The notes beneath the pieces are model-generated. The model worked only from the letters and a program-made list of their open reading frames with translations. It did no database searches and was not told the origin of the DNA. From the IMG/VR virus record IMGVR_UViG_3300048502_000142, positions 27,919-91,918 of that record: 64,000 nucleotides of DNA. One strand, given 5' to 3'. Both the position numbers and the translations under genes were made by a program. How positions within the stretch are numbered: the stretch's first letter is position 1; each line of letters begins with the position of its first letter. The DNA comes from a virus (taxonomy: Duplodnaviria > Caudoviricetes). Of this stretch, positions 27,049 through 37,197 are shown piece by piece.

Positions 27049-27278
27049 GCAAGCCCGAGCACGCCGTCGCCGGGTCGTCGCAGATCGCGCGCCTAGCCTA
27101 TGACGAGGAGACGTCGGAGCTGACGACCGACTTCCGTGGCACAGTCTACGTCTACGAGGGCGTGCCGATGTCGACCTACGACCGGCTCGTCGCAATCGAC
27201 AAGGCCGGCGAGAGCGTGGGGTCGGCGCACGCGAAGCTCGTCAAGAGGGTCGGCTACAAGTTCCGGAAGCTGGACTAG
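27045..27278 (+). CDS. KTSC domain protein
   Basis: SSQIARLAYDEETSEL...YVYEGVP..TY...ESVGS. Confidence 0.85.
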   Translation: MSKPEHAVAGSSQIARLAYDEETSELTTDFRGTVYVYEGVPMSTYDRLVAIDKAGESVGSAHAKLVKRVGYKFRKLD

Positions 27279-27287
27279 GGACGCGAC

Positions 27288-27584
27288 ATGACGATCGGTT
27301 CGGTGCTGAGGGAGGCGAGGGAGCGGTCGGGGCTTAGCCTGCGGGAGGTCGGGGAGCGCCTCGGCATGTCGCTCTGGTCATGGAACCGCGTCGAGACCGG
27401 CGAGCGCGCCTTCGACCCCGACTGGATCGTCCTCCTGCCGGCGCCGATCGCGCACGCCGCGGCGACCGCGTGGGTCGAGAAGCTCCGGGAGGACATCGAT
27501 AACGTCCTGGGGGCGATGGAGAGGGTCGAGACGAAGAGAGCCCCGTACGGGTTCGTACGGGGCTCTCGGGGGAACGCGGCCTAG
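27288..27584 (+). CDS. XRE/Cro-type HTH regulator
   Basis: LREARERSGLSLREVGERLGMS...NRVETGER. Confidence 0.88.
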   Translation: MTIGSVLREARERSGLSLREVGERLGMSLWSWNRVETGERAFDPDWIVLLPAPIAHAAATAWVEKLREDIDNVLGAMERVETKRAPYGFVRGSRGNAA

Positions 27585-27651
27585 GATGCCCGGAGTAGTC
27601 CCGACGCGTCCAGGCGACCGGGAAAACCGGGTTTCCGTCGACGTCTATCTC

Positions 27652-27915
27652 CTAGGGGATCGAGGACGCCTGCCCGGCCTGGCCCAGGCTCGGGGGCGTC
27701 CAGGGGACCACGACCTCGACCGCCACGAACCCTACTAGGCCGCTCGGATTCGGGTTCTGCCTGACTGCCTCGATCGCGACCTGACCGACCTGGCCGCTCG
27801 GATTCGGGTTCTGCCTGACTGCCTCGATCGCGACCTGACCGACCTCGGCGGAGGGGTTGGCGCTCTGCCTGACGACCTCGATCCCCTGCTGGCCGACGAG
27901 TCCGCTCGTCATCAC
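27652..27915 (-). CDS. Small repeat-containing putative virion protein
   Basis: VGQVAIEAVRQNPNPSG repeats; last gene of the tail operon. Confidence 0.6.
   Translation of the reverse strand: MMTSGLVGQQGIEVVRQSANPSAEVGQVAIEAVRQNPNPSGQVGQVAIEAVRQNPNPSGLVGFVAVEVVVPWTPPSLGQAGQASSIP
27738..27845. repeat. Perfect 54-bp tandem duplication (in frame)
   Basis: 27738-27791 is identical to 27792-27845. Confidence 0.9.
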
Positions 27916-28907
27916 GCCACCAGCTTGTAGCCGGGACGGGCCGCGTTGAGCGCCGCGGCGCTCGCCCAGGGCACGCCAGTAGCCGGATCATTGTCGATGT
28001 CGTCGCGATAGAGCAGCGCGCCGGTGCCGAGGGACCGAGTGCTGCCGAGCGTGGTGCTGGACCCCGACAGGACGTAGTTCGAGTAGGAACGCGCACCCGA
28101 GTCGCTCGCCCAAGCGTACGACATCATGCTCACTCCGTATATCGTGCCGGAGATGGTCTGCATGACGTAGTCGTCGATCTGCCCCACCGTCGAGGACGAG
28201 TTGTAGTTCGCCGTCTGGATGCCGCCGTCGACCATCTGGTAGTTCGACCCGGAGAGCGGCGCCCACGTGATCGTGCCGCCGTTGGCGGTCGGGACGAGGG
28301 CGCGGACGCGGATCGGCCCGAGGTTCGTCGTGTAGCAGGCGATATCGCTGACGTAGGCATTGCCGATCGTGGTGTATCCGAGCTGGTCCCACGAAGCGTT
28401 GCTCGACTGCTGGGTGTTTCCCGTGAACGGGAACTGGCCGCCGACCGAGATCCCGTCGATAAAGACGTCGACCGTCGCGGACGCGCCGATCGCCATCCGG
28501 ATAACGGCGCTGAAGTAGGCATTGATCGGGACGACGTTGACTGCGGACGTCGCGAGCAGCGTGGCACCCCTGTAGAGGCGGACCGTGCCGACCGACGTCT
28601 CCAGCACGACGTGGCACTGCTCGCCGAAGGTCGAGTCCGAGAAGTAGACGATATTCTGCGTGTTGTTCGAGGAGTTGAAGTTCTGGTGGAGGTAGGTGAT
28701 CCCGGAGACCGGAGACGACCCCTGGAAGTAGAAGGAGTTGGCGCCGAGGCCGGGGATGAAGGCATTGCCGCTACCGTTCGGACCATTATTTACACCGATG
28801 CCTGGAGCCTGTTGGCGGCACTGCCACAGGTTCCCAGGCGCCGACGACGCTAGCATCTGAGCGGCGTTCGCGTACGTATCGGCGCTGAAGGCGAATATCT
28901 TGGACAT
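27912..28907 (-). CDS. Putative tail/virion protein (beta-sandwich)
   Basis: 331 aa, G/S/T/N-rich; DNDPATGVPWASAAALNAARPGYKL C-terminus typical of virion proteins. Confidence 0.65.
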   Translation of the reverse strand: MSKIFAFSADTYANAAQMLASSAPGNLWQCRQQAPGIGVNNGPNGSGNAFIPGLGANSFYFQGSSPVSGITYLHQNFNSSNNTQNIVYFSDSTFGEQCHVVLETSVGTVRLYRGATLLATSAVNVVPINAYFSAVIRMAIGASATVDVFIDGISVGGQFPFTGNTQQSSNASWDQLGYTTIGNAYVSDIACYTTNLGPIRVRALVPTANGGTITWAPLSGSNYQMVDGGIQTANYNSSSTVGQIDDYVMQTISGTIYGVSMMSYAWASDSGARSYSNYVLSGSSTTLGSTRSLGTGALLYRDDIDNDPATGVPWASAAALNAARPGYKLVA

Positions 28908-28911
28908 GCGA

Positions 28912-29463
28912 TCAAGTCCCCAATACTAGGCCGACGACGAGTCCCGCAGCGGTGGCGTCGGACGATCCCGTGTTGCGGATGCGGAGGTCGCAGCCGGCGG
29001 GGAGGACGACCGCGCTCGCGACGGAGAACGTCCCGATCTCCGTCCCACCCGAGCCGGCGCCCGCGAACGATATCGTCCCTACGACTGTCTCCGTCGCGCT
29101 CGTCCCGGCGTAGGTGCAGACGACGATCTCCAGCGTCAGCGCCGAGGTCGCACCCTGGTCTAGCGTGGCGGTGGACCCGGGCGCGCCGGCAGCGATGCTC
29201 GACGCGACGCTGCGCCGAGCGACCGCGACCTCGGCGGCCCTAGTGGAGAAGGCCCCTAGCAGTCCCGCCACGCGGATCGAGAAGGCGGGGGTCGTGACGC
29301 CGGGGGCTGGGTCGATCACCGGATTGATCAGCGTCTGGTTCGTCGAGCACCCGCCGTTCGCGTCGACCTTGGCGGCGAAGTAGGCGTTCCACTGCGCGGC
29401 GAGGCGGCCAAACAGGTTGCCCCCGGCCGTGAAGTTGGGGGTAGACTGGGGTCCGCACGCCAT
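28912..29463 (-). CDS. Putative tail fibre-associated protein
   Basis: AAQWNAYFAAKVD N-terminal motif; downstream of the tail fibre. Confidence 0.55.
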   Translation of the reverse strand: MACGPQSTPNFTAGGNLFGRLAAQWNAYFAAKVDANGGCSTNQTLINPVIDPAPGVTTPAFSIRVAGLLGAFSTRAAEVAVARRSVASSIAAGAPGSTATLDQGATSALTLEIVVCTYAGTSATETVVGTISFAGAGSGGTEIGTFSVASAVVLPAGCDLRIRNTGSSDATAAGLVVGLVLGT

Positions 29464-29483
29464 TTGCTAGTCCCTCGCTCCGG

Positions 29484-30584
29484 TCACGGGTACGAACCGA
29501 GCGTGCCGGTGAACTCGTCGATTAGGACGATGCCGTTCATGCCGGCGCCGCCGTTCTGCGCGGTCTGTCCGTTGAACGAGTTCGCGCCGCCACCGCCCGC
29601 ACCGGGGCCGACGCCGGGGAAGCCGTCGACGGAGTTGCCGTCGCGCGCGCGGGCCGATGACCCACCGAACGGGCTGGAGCCACCCGCGCCAGACAGGGAA
29701 GGTCCCCCGCTGCCGAAAATGATAGCTGCGCCGCCCGGCGTGGTGCCGCCGTTGATCACGTTGCCGCCTGTCGACACGGTCGGGGTAGTGCCGGCGACGG
29801 TAAAGCCGTTTCCGGAGGCCGCGGACATCGTGTTGCCGCCCGCACCGCCCGGCGCCGTCAGGATCGATCCGATCGTGCTGGCCGTGCCGTTGTTGCCGTT
29901 GTTGGCGCCGTTGCCGGGCTGGGCGCCGCCCTGGCCTACGGTAACCGCCTGACTAGCCAGGGTAGAGGTTGCGTACACGCCCTCCAGGTAGGCACCGCCG
30001 TCGCCGCCGGAGCCCGAGGCGGCCTCGCCGGACGGCGTGGAGGGAACGCTCGCGCCGGAGCCGCCGCCGCCGCACATGCGGACGCGCACGAAGCCCGCCC
30101 CCGCCGACGACGTGTAGGTGCCGTTCGCGGTGAACACCTGCGTCCCGAGGTAGGTACCGGCGGCGGTCCCAAGTCGGGACTGCGTCCAGTTCGCCCCGCC
30201 CGTGTCCGGGTTCGACGTGTTGTTATCGGTCGTGCTCTGCCACAGGACGCCGGGCGTCGTCGCCGACTGGACGATGGCGCCGTTCGGGTACCCGCCGATC
30301 GTCGTCGACCAGGCCGAGTCCCACTTCCATATGCCGATCGCCTGGGACCACTGGAGGCCGGCGGTGGTCTGCTTGAGCAGTCCGTTGAAGTCCTTGCCGA
30401 AGGGTCCGGCGCCCCCCGAGGCGACGGGCACGAAGCAGTTCGGCGGGAAGCCATCGGTAAACGACGCGGCGCCGTTCGTGATCCCGATTTGTGAGGCCGT
30501 GGGGATCGGGTAGTTGATGTAGGATCCCCCGGCGCTGCTGCCGAACGGGAGCGGGATCTTCGGGGGGATGGCGGATGCGAGCAA
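29484..30584 (-). CDS. Tail fibre protein with glycine-rich C-terminus
   Basis: PKIPLPFG...GAASFTDGFPP...GKDFNGLL...IGGYPNGA N-terminal anchor; QVFTANGTYT...GGGGSG Gly-rich domain. Confidence 0.85.
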   Translation of the reverse strand: MLASAIPPKIPLPFGSSAGGSYINYPIPTASQIGITNGAASFTDGFPPNCFVPVASGGAGPFGKDFNGLLKQTTAGLQWSQAIGIWKWDSAWSTTIGGYPNGAIVQSATTPGVLWQSTTDNNTSNPDTGGANWTQSRLGTAAGTYLGTQVFTANGTYTSSAGAGFVRVRMCGGGGSGASVPSTPSGEAASGSGGDGGAYLEGVYATSTLASQAVTVGQGGAQPGNGANNGNNGTASTIGSILTAPGGAGGNTMSAASGNGFTVAGTTPTVSTGGNVINGGTTPGGAAIIFGSGGPSLSGAGGSSPFGGSSARARDGNSVDGFPGVGPGAGGGGANSFNGQTAQNGGAGMNGIVLIDEFTGTLGSYP

Positions 30585-30597
30585 GTCCTGCGCTCCT

Positions 30598-31284
30598 CTA
30601 GGCGGCTGCCGCGGTGTAATTCCAGGAGGGCGTCACACCGGTAGGCTTCGGGAGAACGCCGCTCTTGACCATCGCGATCTCGAACGGTTCGAGCGGGAAG
30701 TCGAAGTTGTACTGCAACGTCATGTTCGTGGGCGCGATCGAGATCAGATCGCCGAAGGGGCCCGCGTCCGCGTCCGTCTCCGCGAACCGCAGGCGGTCGC
30801 CGGCCTCGCCGAAGCCGAACTCGTAGGGGGCGACGGACCCGCCCTCTGACACCCAGGCGTTGCCGCGTCCGGGGAACAGGATGTTCATCAGGATGTAGTT
30901 GATCGCAGGGATCGACCCATCCGTGATGTTGAACGCGGCCTTCGCGAATATGAGCGCCCGGTAGGCGTCGTCCGTCAGCGTGACGTTCTGCACCGCCGTC
31001 GTGATGTAGTCGCCGAAGGGGCCGAAGTCGAAGCACGCCCGATCGCCAGCCTCGCCGAAGCCGAAGGCGGTGTAGGAGGCGATCGTGAGGACGCGTGGGA
31101 TCACCACGATTCGCCCCCAGACGTTCAGGCCCTCCTCGACGGCGGTGAGGATGTTGAAGCAGTTGTCGTAGAAGCTCTCGATGGGCGCGTCCGGCGAGAA
31201 CCACTGACTGATGGCCCTTAGGATAGTCATGAGAGCGGGGCTGCTCTTGTACTGTCCGAGCACTGTTTGAGAAAAATTCTGCAT
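30598..31284 (-). CDS. DUF2612 baseplate wedge/tail protein
   Basis: QYKSSP...GLNVWGRIV...LTDDAYRALIFAKAAFNITDGS...LPKPTGV. Confidence 0.85.
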   Translation of the reverse strand: MQNFSQTVLGQYKSSPALMTILRAISQWFSPDAPIESFYDNCFNILTAVEEGLNVWGRIVVIPRVLTIASYTAFGFGEAGDRACFDFGPFGDYITTAVQNVTLTDDAYRALIFAKAAFNITDGSIPAINYILMNILFPGRGNAWVSEGGSVAPYEFGFGEAGDRLRFAETDADAGPFGDLISIAPTNMTLQYNFDFPLEPFEIAMVKSGVLPKPTGVTPSWNYTAAAA

Positions 31285-31364
31285 CGGATCTTCCGCGAGG
31301 TCCTGCGGTTGTTATCGTATACTAGATCGGGTATCGGTGCGATGCCGATCTAGGAGGGATTTCC

Positions 31365-31664
31365 ATGCCGCTCGACAACGCCACCGCCCACTTCGGCGCC
31401 GCCTACAAGGTCCTGTTCGAGAACTGGGATCCGGACGGCTGCAACGCACCGGAAAAGCTCAACGCGCTGACGGCAAAGGCGAAGGTAGTTCAGGACTGGG
31501 CATCGACGCAGGAGAAGATTATTTGTGACGCCTACGTGAAGGCATCGCTGGAACTGATGCGTCGCGCCGAGAAGGTCCTGGAGAATAACGTACGATCAAA
31601 TCAAATGAACGAGATGACAAAGACGATCGCACGTCCGCCCGGCTACGAAGTGTCAGACGAGTAA
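31365..31664 (+). CDS. Moron-like hypothetical protein, opposite strand
   Basis: Own TATACT -10-like box and AGGAGG SD; inserted between baseplate genes. Confidence 0.65.
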   Translation: MPLDNATAHFGAAYKVLFENWDPDGCNAPEKLNALTAKAKVVQDWASTQEKIICDAYVKASLELMRRAEKVLENNVRSNQMNEMTKTIARPPGYEVSDE

Positions 31665-33099
31665 TAGCTGAATATTCTGAGCACTTACGGCCGGCGCCTG
31701 ATCTATGTTCATCTGTACATCGTTCGCGAGCGTCGTCGCATTCATCGATTCGCTCGCGAGCGTTTGCGCGACGCTGATCTGATAGGTCCCGGTTCCGCCG
31801 GTCGTACCCGTTAACTGCTGGACGATTATTGTCCCGGGTGCCATCAGCTGATTTACGTCTTGAAGAAGCTGTCCTTTTGCAAGCGTCCCGGTCTCGACTG
31901 CGGAGACGGTAAGAACGGCTCCCGAGGTCGAACCGGTAAATATCGCGGCACCGCCCGACCCACCGATTTGGATCGAAACGATCTGTGCCCAGCTCCCGAG
32001 CGACAGAATCCCGGAATAGAGCCTGGACGCGTAGACAAGGCTGCCGATCTTCGCTCGCGTCCCGCCGTCCGTTCCGGCGAAGGCAGAGATTACCTTAGCC
32101 TGGATCAGGGTTAGGGCATTCGCCGGCACACCCGGACTGTTCGTGATCGTGACGAGGACGGCAAATCCGACGATCGTCGACGTCTGAAACTTTACGGTAT
32201 ATTGTGGTGCCGGCGGATTGTAGGCCGGGTTCGGATCGGTAACGATAACCGACGTGTTGCCGTTCCAGGCGCAGCCCGGCCCCTTCTTGAGCCACATCGC
32301 GTAGGCCACGTCCGAAGTCGTGCCGCCGAGGACGCAGACGTAGACCGAGTTCGGAAAAAGCTCAACACCTCCGAACTCCCCCCGCGCTTGGACTATCGTT
32401 TTCGATCGCGTAGCAGTCAAGCACGCCATCGACGGCGAGAACCTGTCCTTGAATTGCGTCGAGGATCTGGTTAGCATTTGCCGCCACGGACTGCTGACGA
32501 CGTGTCTCGAACTCGCTCGCGGTCTCGACAAGTCGTCCGAGCACGGCATCGCCGGTAGGCGTAATCGATTCCCAGCCAGTACTGCCAGCCGGAACCTGCG
32601 AGATGTTCAGCGACGTCGGACCGGTAACCGGTCCGCTCGTCACGCACGAGAAGTCGAGGGTGACGGTGCCGCCGGAGCCGATCGCGCCGGCCTGCGTGCA
32701 GATCCACTGGATGCCGGTATTCGGATCAATTGCGAGGGCGCCGACCGGGATCGGGGTCGTCGCGAGGCCGGTGCAGACACACGGCTGGACCGTCGGCTGC
32801 GCCGCGATCCGCGTCATGAAGTAGATGCGGCCGACCGCGTCCTGCATCCGCCCCGAGTTCTGTGCCGGGTCGAATTGGTTGAACAGCCACGCGACGATCG
32901 CGTTCGCGTCGCCGATCGCCGCCGCCTCGCTCGTCGCCAGTTGCCCCTGCGGCGTGCTCAGCTGGGTGTTGAGGTTCCCGCCGAACGCCGAGTTCAGATC
33001 CGCGAGAACCCCGACGACGATCGCGTTCTCGGTCGGGAGGACGATGCCGTTCGGGCCGTACGTGACCGAGGGCACATTTGTAACGAAGGTATCGCTCAC
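31653..33099 (-). CDS. Baseplate J-like protein (frameshift near 32380)
   Basis: ORF 32362-33099 (TPQGQLA...GRMQDAVGRIYF...GRLVETASEFE) continues in ORF 31653-32549 (NSVYVCVLGG...KKGPGC..NGNT); the shift is at a G6 run. Confidence 0.85.
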
Positions 33100-33147
33100 T
33101 GCACTCGCTCTCGTATGTAGCGGGAGTTAGTCTGACGGAGGTGGAAT

Positions 33148-33378
33148 ATGAGTGACATCCCGAACGCCCTGTCGATCGTGACCTACCTGCACTGCCGCCT
33201 GAGCGTCGTCGAGCTGCCGCCGGGCACGAGCCCGCGGGACTACGCCAGGGTATCGGTCGGCATGACCGAGAGGGGCTTTCGGGTCTGGTGCAACCGGCAC
33301 GATGTGAACGTCGCGCACGTCGACTTCGAGGGCTGTTGCCCCCGGCTAACACGACGCGCCCGGCGTCGTCGAAGATAA
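33148..33378 (+). CDS. Hypothetical protein, opposite strand
   Basis: GGAGG SD; SPRDYARVSVGMTERGFRVWCNRHDVNVAHVDFEG. Confidence 0.65.
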   Translation: MSDIPNALSIVTYLHCRLSVVELPPGTSPRDYARVSVGMTERGFRVWCNRHDVNVAHVDFEGCCPRLTRRARRRRR

Positions 33379-33379
33379 A

Positions 33380-33724
33380 CTAGATCGGCCAGCCGTAGTC
33401 ACCCACCTCCGATAGGGTAGGTAGCGGGACTTTCTTTCCCGCGAACTCGTGCGGGCTATCTCCGCAGAACTCTATGTACCCGTCCCTAACGAAGTAGTGA
33501 CATATCGTCTGCTCCGGCGTCTCCGTTCCGTCCCCGTGCCTGTGCGCCGGCACGTAGATCCTCATCGAGGGCGAGAAGGTCGGCCTATACAGGTTTCCGT
33601 CGAACGTCCAGCGCGGTCGTTTCCCGTCCTCGACGGTCTTGAATATGTGGGCACACTGGCAGGCCGGACACCAGTGGACGTATCCCATCGAATAGCTGCG
33701 CAGGACAGGACTGACTTGCGACAT
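33380..33724 (-). CDS. DUF6527-like protein
   Basis: HWCPACQCAH...WTFDGN...PTFSPS...CHYFVRDG.IEFCGDSPH.FAG. Confidence 0.75.
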   Translation of the reverse strand: MSQVSPVLRSYSMGYVHWCPACQCAHIFKTVEDGKRPRWTFDGNLYRPTFSPSMRIYVPAHRHGDGTETPEQTICHYFVRDGYIEFCGDSPHEFAGKKVPLPTLSEVGDYGWPI

Positions 33725-33839
33725 GCTTTGTGCTCCTACGACCTGCGGAGAGGTACCGCACATCCCTCCGCCGAGGCTACCCTACCCGGAAGATCCCGGA
33801 GCCCCCTAGGCGGCCGAGAAAACCGGGTTTCCGTCGATG

Positions 33840-34289
33840 TTAGGTCGAGGCCCCGACAGCGATCTCGGACGCGGACTGCACGTACCAGGGCAGCGAACCC
33901 GAGAGATCGCCGGTCGAGGCGACGGCGACGAGCTGCCCGTTCGTGTAGATCTGGATTTGTCCGCCGAGCTGCCGCAACTTGCTCCCTCCCGTGAGGAAGC
34001 ACTTGTAGGTCGTGCCGGACGGAACCGGGACGATCGAGGCCTGGAGGATCATCAGTTGCTTAATGTACTGGAAGCTGACGCGCTCCTTGAATATCAGCGT
34101 GTAGTACGGGATACCGAGCGTCGTGTCGTACCAGCACTCCCTGGAGAACGTGCGGATGGCGCTGCCGACGTCTTGTGCTATCGCGATGCCCCCGGTATTC
34201 ACCGCGATGTTGCCCGCGGCGGTGAGGTAGAGGTCCCAGCCGGCGGAGACGCCGTCGGGCGTCGAGGCGGAGAGCGCGAGCGTGTCCAA
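33840..34289 (-). CDS. Baseplate wedge (gpW/gp25-like) protein
   Basis: WDLYLTAAGNIA...AQDVGSAIRTF..ECWYDTTLGIPY. Confidence 0.78.
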   Translation of the reverse strand: MDTLALSASTPDGVSAGWDLYLTAAGNIAVNTGGIAIAQDVGSAIRTFSRECWYDTTLGIPYYTLIFKERVSFQYIKQLMILQASIVPVPSGTTYKCFLTGGSKLRQLGGQIQIYTNGQLVAVASTGDLSGSLPWYVQSASEIAVGAST

Positions 34290-34293
34290 TTCC

Positions 34294-34944
34294 CTAGCTC
34301 CCCGGCGTGATAGTGCCCGTCGCCGTGATGTTTCCCTGGACCGCGAGGTCGCCGTCGACCTTCAGCGTCCCGCCGTCGCCGACCGTGATCGTGATGGACC
34401 CGTTGGACGAGATCGACATGTTGCCGTCCGAGAAGATCGTGATCGTGCTGCCGTCGTTCGCCGTGACGAGGATGGCGCTGTCCGTGAACCGGACGCACCG
34501 CACCACGTCCGCCTGTCCGAGCCCGAGCCCGAAGTAGATCCCGTACTCGCGGCGGGTCCGTCCCTGCGAGGCCGGGTTGGCCGCCGCGCCCGTCGACTTG
34601 ACGGTGGCCGTGTCCCGGTCGGCGACGACGACGACCCCGATGTCACCAGCCTCCGGGTCGAGGATCACCGCGTTCTTGCCGCCGCCGTAGCGAAAGTAGT
34701 TCAGCCCGTAGACGGTGCCATGGGGGATGGCGTTGCCGTAGCCGTCAACCTGATTGACGAGGGGCTTGACGCTAACGCACCCGATCGCGCCGACCGTGCC
34801 GGGCGCGTTCGTGCAGGCGACCACCTCGACGAGTTCGACGTGCGTGCGCTTGTTCATCAGGCGCTCGACGATGAATGCTATCGCATTCGTGTCCGTCGCA
34901 TCGTCTTTCGGACCCTGCGCGCCTAGAAACGGAACGGCCGACAT
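34294..34944 (-). CDS. Baseplate central spike (gpV/gp138-like)
   Basis: VKPLVNQVDG...YFRYGGGKNAVILDPEAGDIG...ADRD; beta-helix C-terminus. Confidence 0.85.
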   Translation of the reverse strand: MSAVPFLGAQGPKDDATDTNAIAFIVERLMNKRTHVELVEVVACTNAPGTVGAIGCVSVKPLVNQVDGYGNAIPHGTVYGLNYFRYGGGKNAVILDPEAGDIGVVVVADRDTATVKSTGAAANPASQGRTRREYGIYFGLGLGQADVVRCVRFTDSAILVTANDGSTITIFSDGNMSISSNGSITITVGDGGTLKVDGDLAVQGNITATGTITPGS

Positions 34945-35904
34945 TTAGGACCCCGATGCTCCCTTGCTCTGATATCCGCGGACGATCATTTCCCACGGGC
35001 CGTCGGGCATCTGCGAGGCGAGCGAGTAGTCGAGCTTCATGCAAATCCACGGGTTGTCCGGCGGGTTGTTCGCCGCCGTGAGCTGACTCTGGACGGTAAA
35101 GGGCTGGCTGCCCTTGAGCACGAGGCTCGGATCGAAGATCGACCGCACGGTGACGTGCGACTGCTCGAACTGCGGATAACCGATCATTCCCGTCGCGGGA
35201 GAGAACGTCGGACCTGACCCGTCGACCGTGCCGTTGAACTTCGGCCGAACGGTGAAGGTTCCGGCCGTGCCGGAAGCCTGCGGGATCGCGTCGAGACTGC
35301 CATAGGCACCGACGGCATCGACCGCGGCCTTAAGCTGGTCCAAGATCGTGCCGGGGAAGTACGGATTGTGCAGCGTACCGGTCACACCGTTGTTCACGAG
35401 CGTCAGGTTTGCCGTCGCGCACAGCGTCTGAAGGACGGTGTTGATGTCGACGCCGTCCTCGAAGGTCGTGGAGTTCGTGGTCGGCATCGAGAACCCTACG
35501 GACATCGTGGCGCGCACGATGAAGCCCATGTCGGGCTGATGCCCGTCGGGATACGCCTCCACGATGTAGCCGGTGAAGATCGTCGCGCTCCGCGCGCTGT
35601 CCCCGGCCACGACCGACACGAAGTTCGGGGTCGGGCCGCCCGGCGCTGCCGTGAAGTAGTTGAGCCCGGCGACCGTCAGTGCGTTCATGTCCGACAGCTT
35701 CATGCCGTTGATGCGCATGACGAGTCCACCGGTCGTCGGGAGCATCGCATCTACGGCTTGAAGCTCAACGCGCAGACCGGTGAAGGTATAGAGCGGTCCG
35801 GTACGCGTTAGCTGGAACGTCGGGGTAATGAACCGCGTCGCGTAGACCGATTGTCCCGCCGGCTGCGGTGACGGCGCGGATACGTCCGAGGTCGGGCCAG
35901 CCAT
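34945..35904 (-). CDS. Baseplate hub protein
   Basis: Start MAGPTSDV; GLRV...INGMKLSDMNALT...VAGD...IFTGYI...SPATGMIGYP. Confidence 0.78.
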   Translation of the reverse strand: MAGPTSDVSAPSPQPAGQSVYATRFITPTFQLTRTGPLYTFTGLRVELQAVDAMLPTTGGLVMRINGMKLSDMNALTVAGLNYFTAAPGGPTPNFVSVVAGDSARSATIFTGYIVEAYPDGHQPDMGFIVRATMSVGFSMPTTNSTTFEDGVDINTVLQTLCATANLTLVNNGVTGTLHNPYFPGTILDQLKAAVDAVGAYGSLDAIPQASGTAGTFTVRPKFNGTVDGSGPTFSPATGMIGYPQFEQSHVTVRSIFDPSLVLKGSQPFTVQSQLTAANNPPDNPWICMKLDYSLASQMPDGPWEMIVRGYQSKGASGS

Positions 35905-36446
35905 CAGATCCCCTCCGGGATCGTATAGCCCGGCGTGTAGGAGCCCACCGGCCAATAGGTCAAGATGAACCGTGTCCCCATGCCCGGAATCGTCCCCGCG
36001 ATCGACGCAGGAGCCTCGTCGCCGTCCGACAGGGGAAACATGGCAACCTGTGCCGCATTGCGCAGGGCGAGCGGCGGAAGCCGGGGAGGAACACCGTAAG
36101 GATCCTGTCCGGCACCGGACGTGTCGATCACCGCGAGGTCTCCGGAGAAACCGAGGTAGGTGTCCCGGATCAGGAGCTGCCCCTGCCGGGCGAGGATCCC
36201 GCCGAGGATCAATTTGCCGGCTACGTAGAGATCGAGGAAGCACGGGTTGATATTCTCGTACCGCGGTGTCGGATCGGTCCCGATTTCGAGCGGAGCCTGT
36301 ACCGCGATATTCGTCGACTTCGTGTAGAAATTAATCAGGCACGATTGGCCGGCAAGCGTGATACTGATCGACTGATACGGAACCTCCGTCGTCGGCACGA
36401 TCGAGTAGGCGCTTGAGAGCGTCCCGGCGGCGGGCGTGTCGGACAT
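35904..36446 (-). CDS. Baseplate-associated protein
   Basis: VPYQSISITLAGQSC...YLGFSGDLAVIDTSG.QDP...GTRFILTY. Confidence 0.7.
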   Translation of the reverse strand: MSDTPAAGTLSSAYSIVPTTEVPYQSISITLAGQSCLINFYTKSTNIAVQAPLEIGTDPTPRYENINPCFLDLYVAGKLILGGILARQGQLLIRDTYLGFSGDLAVIDTSGAGQDPYGVPPRLPPLALRNAAQVAMFPLSDGDEAPASIAGTIPGMGTRFILTYWPVGSYTPGYTIPEGI

Positions 36447-36453
36447 CCTTTCC

Positions 36454-37194
36454 TCACCTGGGAACGAGTTGTGGGCCGTACGTCGTAGTCGAGCCGTTCG
36501 GCCCGTACGTCGTGATCGTGTTAACGTTAGGATTGTTGAAGCCGGAAGCGTCGAGCGTGTTCGCGGTCGCGGACCCGGCCGGGAACGACGTCGGCTGCAC
36601 GGGACCCGACGACTGCGGGGAAGCGGCACTCGTCGACCCGGTCGTCAGCGTCCCGGCGGGGTTTAGTGGGTTCGAGTTGCCGATCTGGGAGATATTCGTG
36701 CCCCCGGAGGACGTCCCCTGCGACGCGGTGGACGAGACCTGCTGGCCGCCGGTTATCCGAACCTGCTGGACCCAGACCTCGACGAGGATCATCGAGACGC
36801 CGGAGCGCTCGTCCCGCCGGTAATTATAGTGGGTAATGTTCGCACTGTCGTACGCGATGTCCGGCGTGATAACGATGACTTCGGCGAGCGTTGCAGCAAT
36901 CGCCTCGAAGCTGTTCAGAAAATCCTTGCGGGTCTTCGCGATCAAGAAGCCGACCTTCGCCTGGTACGGCTGCTGGACCTTGTTGTAGCTCTCGAAGCTC
37001 CCCTCTTCCTGAGGATAGTCCGAGATGTTGTAGTCCCGCGCGTACTCGACGTGATGCACGGAGTCCCACTCGACGACTGCGCCGGAGCCGTCCTGATGGT
37101 AGATCCCCCAGAGATGGCCGCCGTATTCGGACGTAATGTCCACGCCGTCCTGGGTAAGGAGGGCTCGCCCTACGGAAGTCGGAACCTCGGACAA
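36454..37194 (-). CDS. Distal tail/tube initiator-like protein
   Basis: WGIY...ISDYPQEEGSFESYNKVQQP...TPDIAY; follows the tape measure gene. Confidence 0.75.
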   Translation of the reverse strand: MSEVPTSVGRALLTQDGVDITSEYGGHLWGIYHQDGSGAVVEWDSVHHVEYARDYNISDYPQEEGSFESYNKVQQPYQAKVGFLIAKTRKDFLNSFEAIAATLAEVIVITPDIAYDSANITHYNYRRDERSGVSMILVEVWVQQVRITGGQQVSSTASQGTSSGGTNISQIGNSNPLNPAGTLTTGSTSAASPQSSGPVQPTSFPAGSATANTLDASGFNNPNVNTITTYGPNGSTTTYGPQLVPR

Positions 37195-37197
37195 GGC

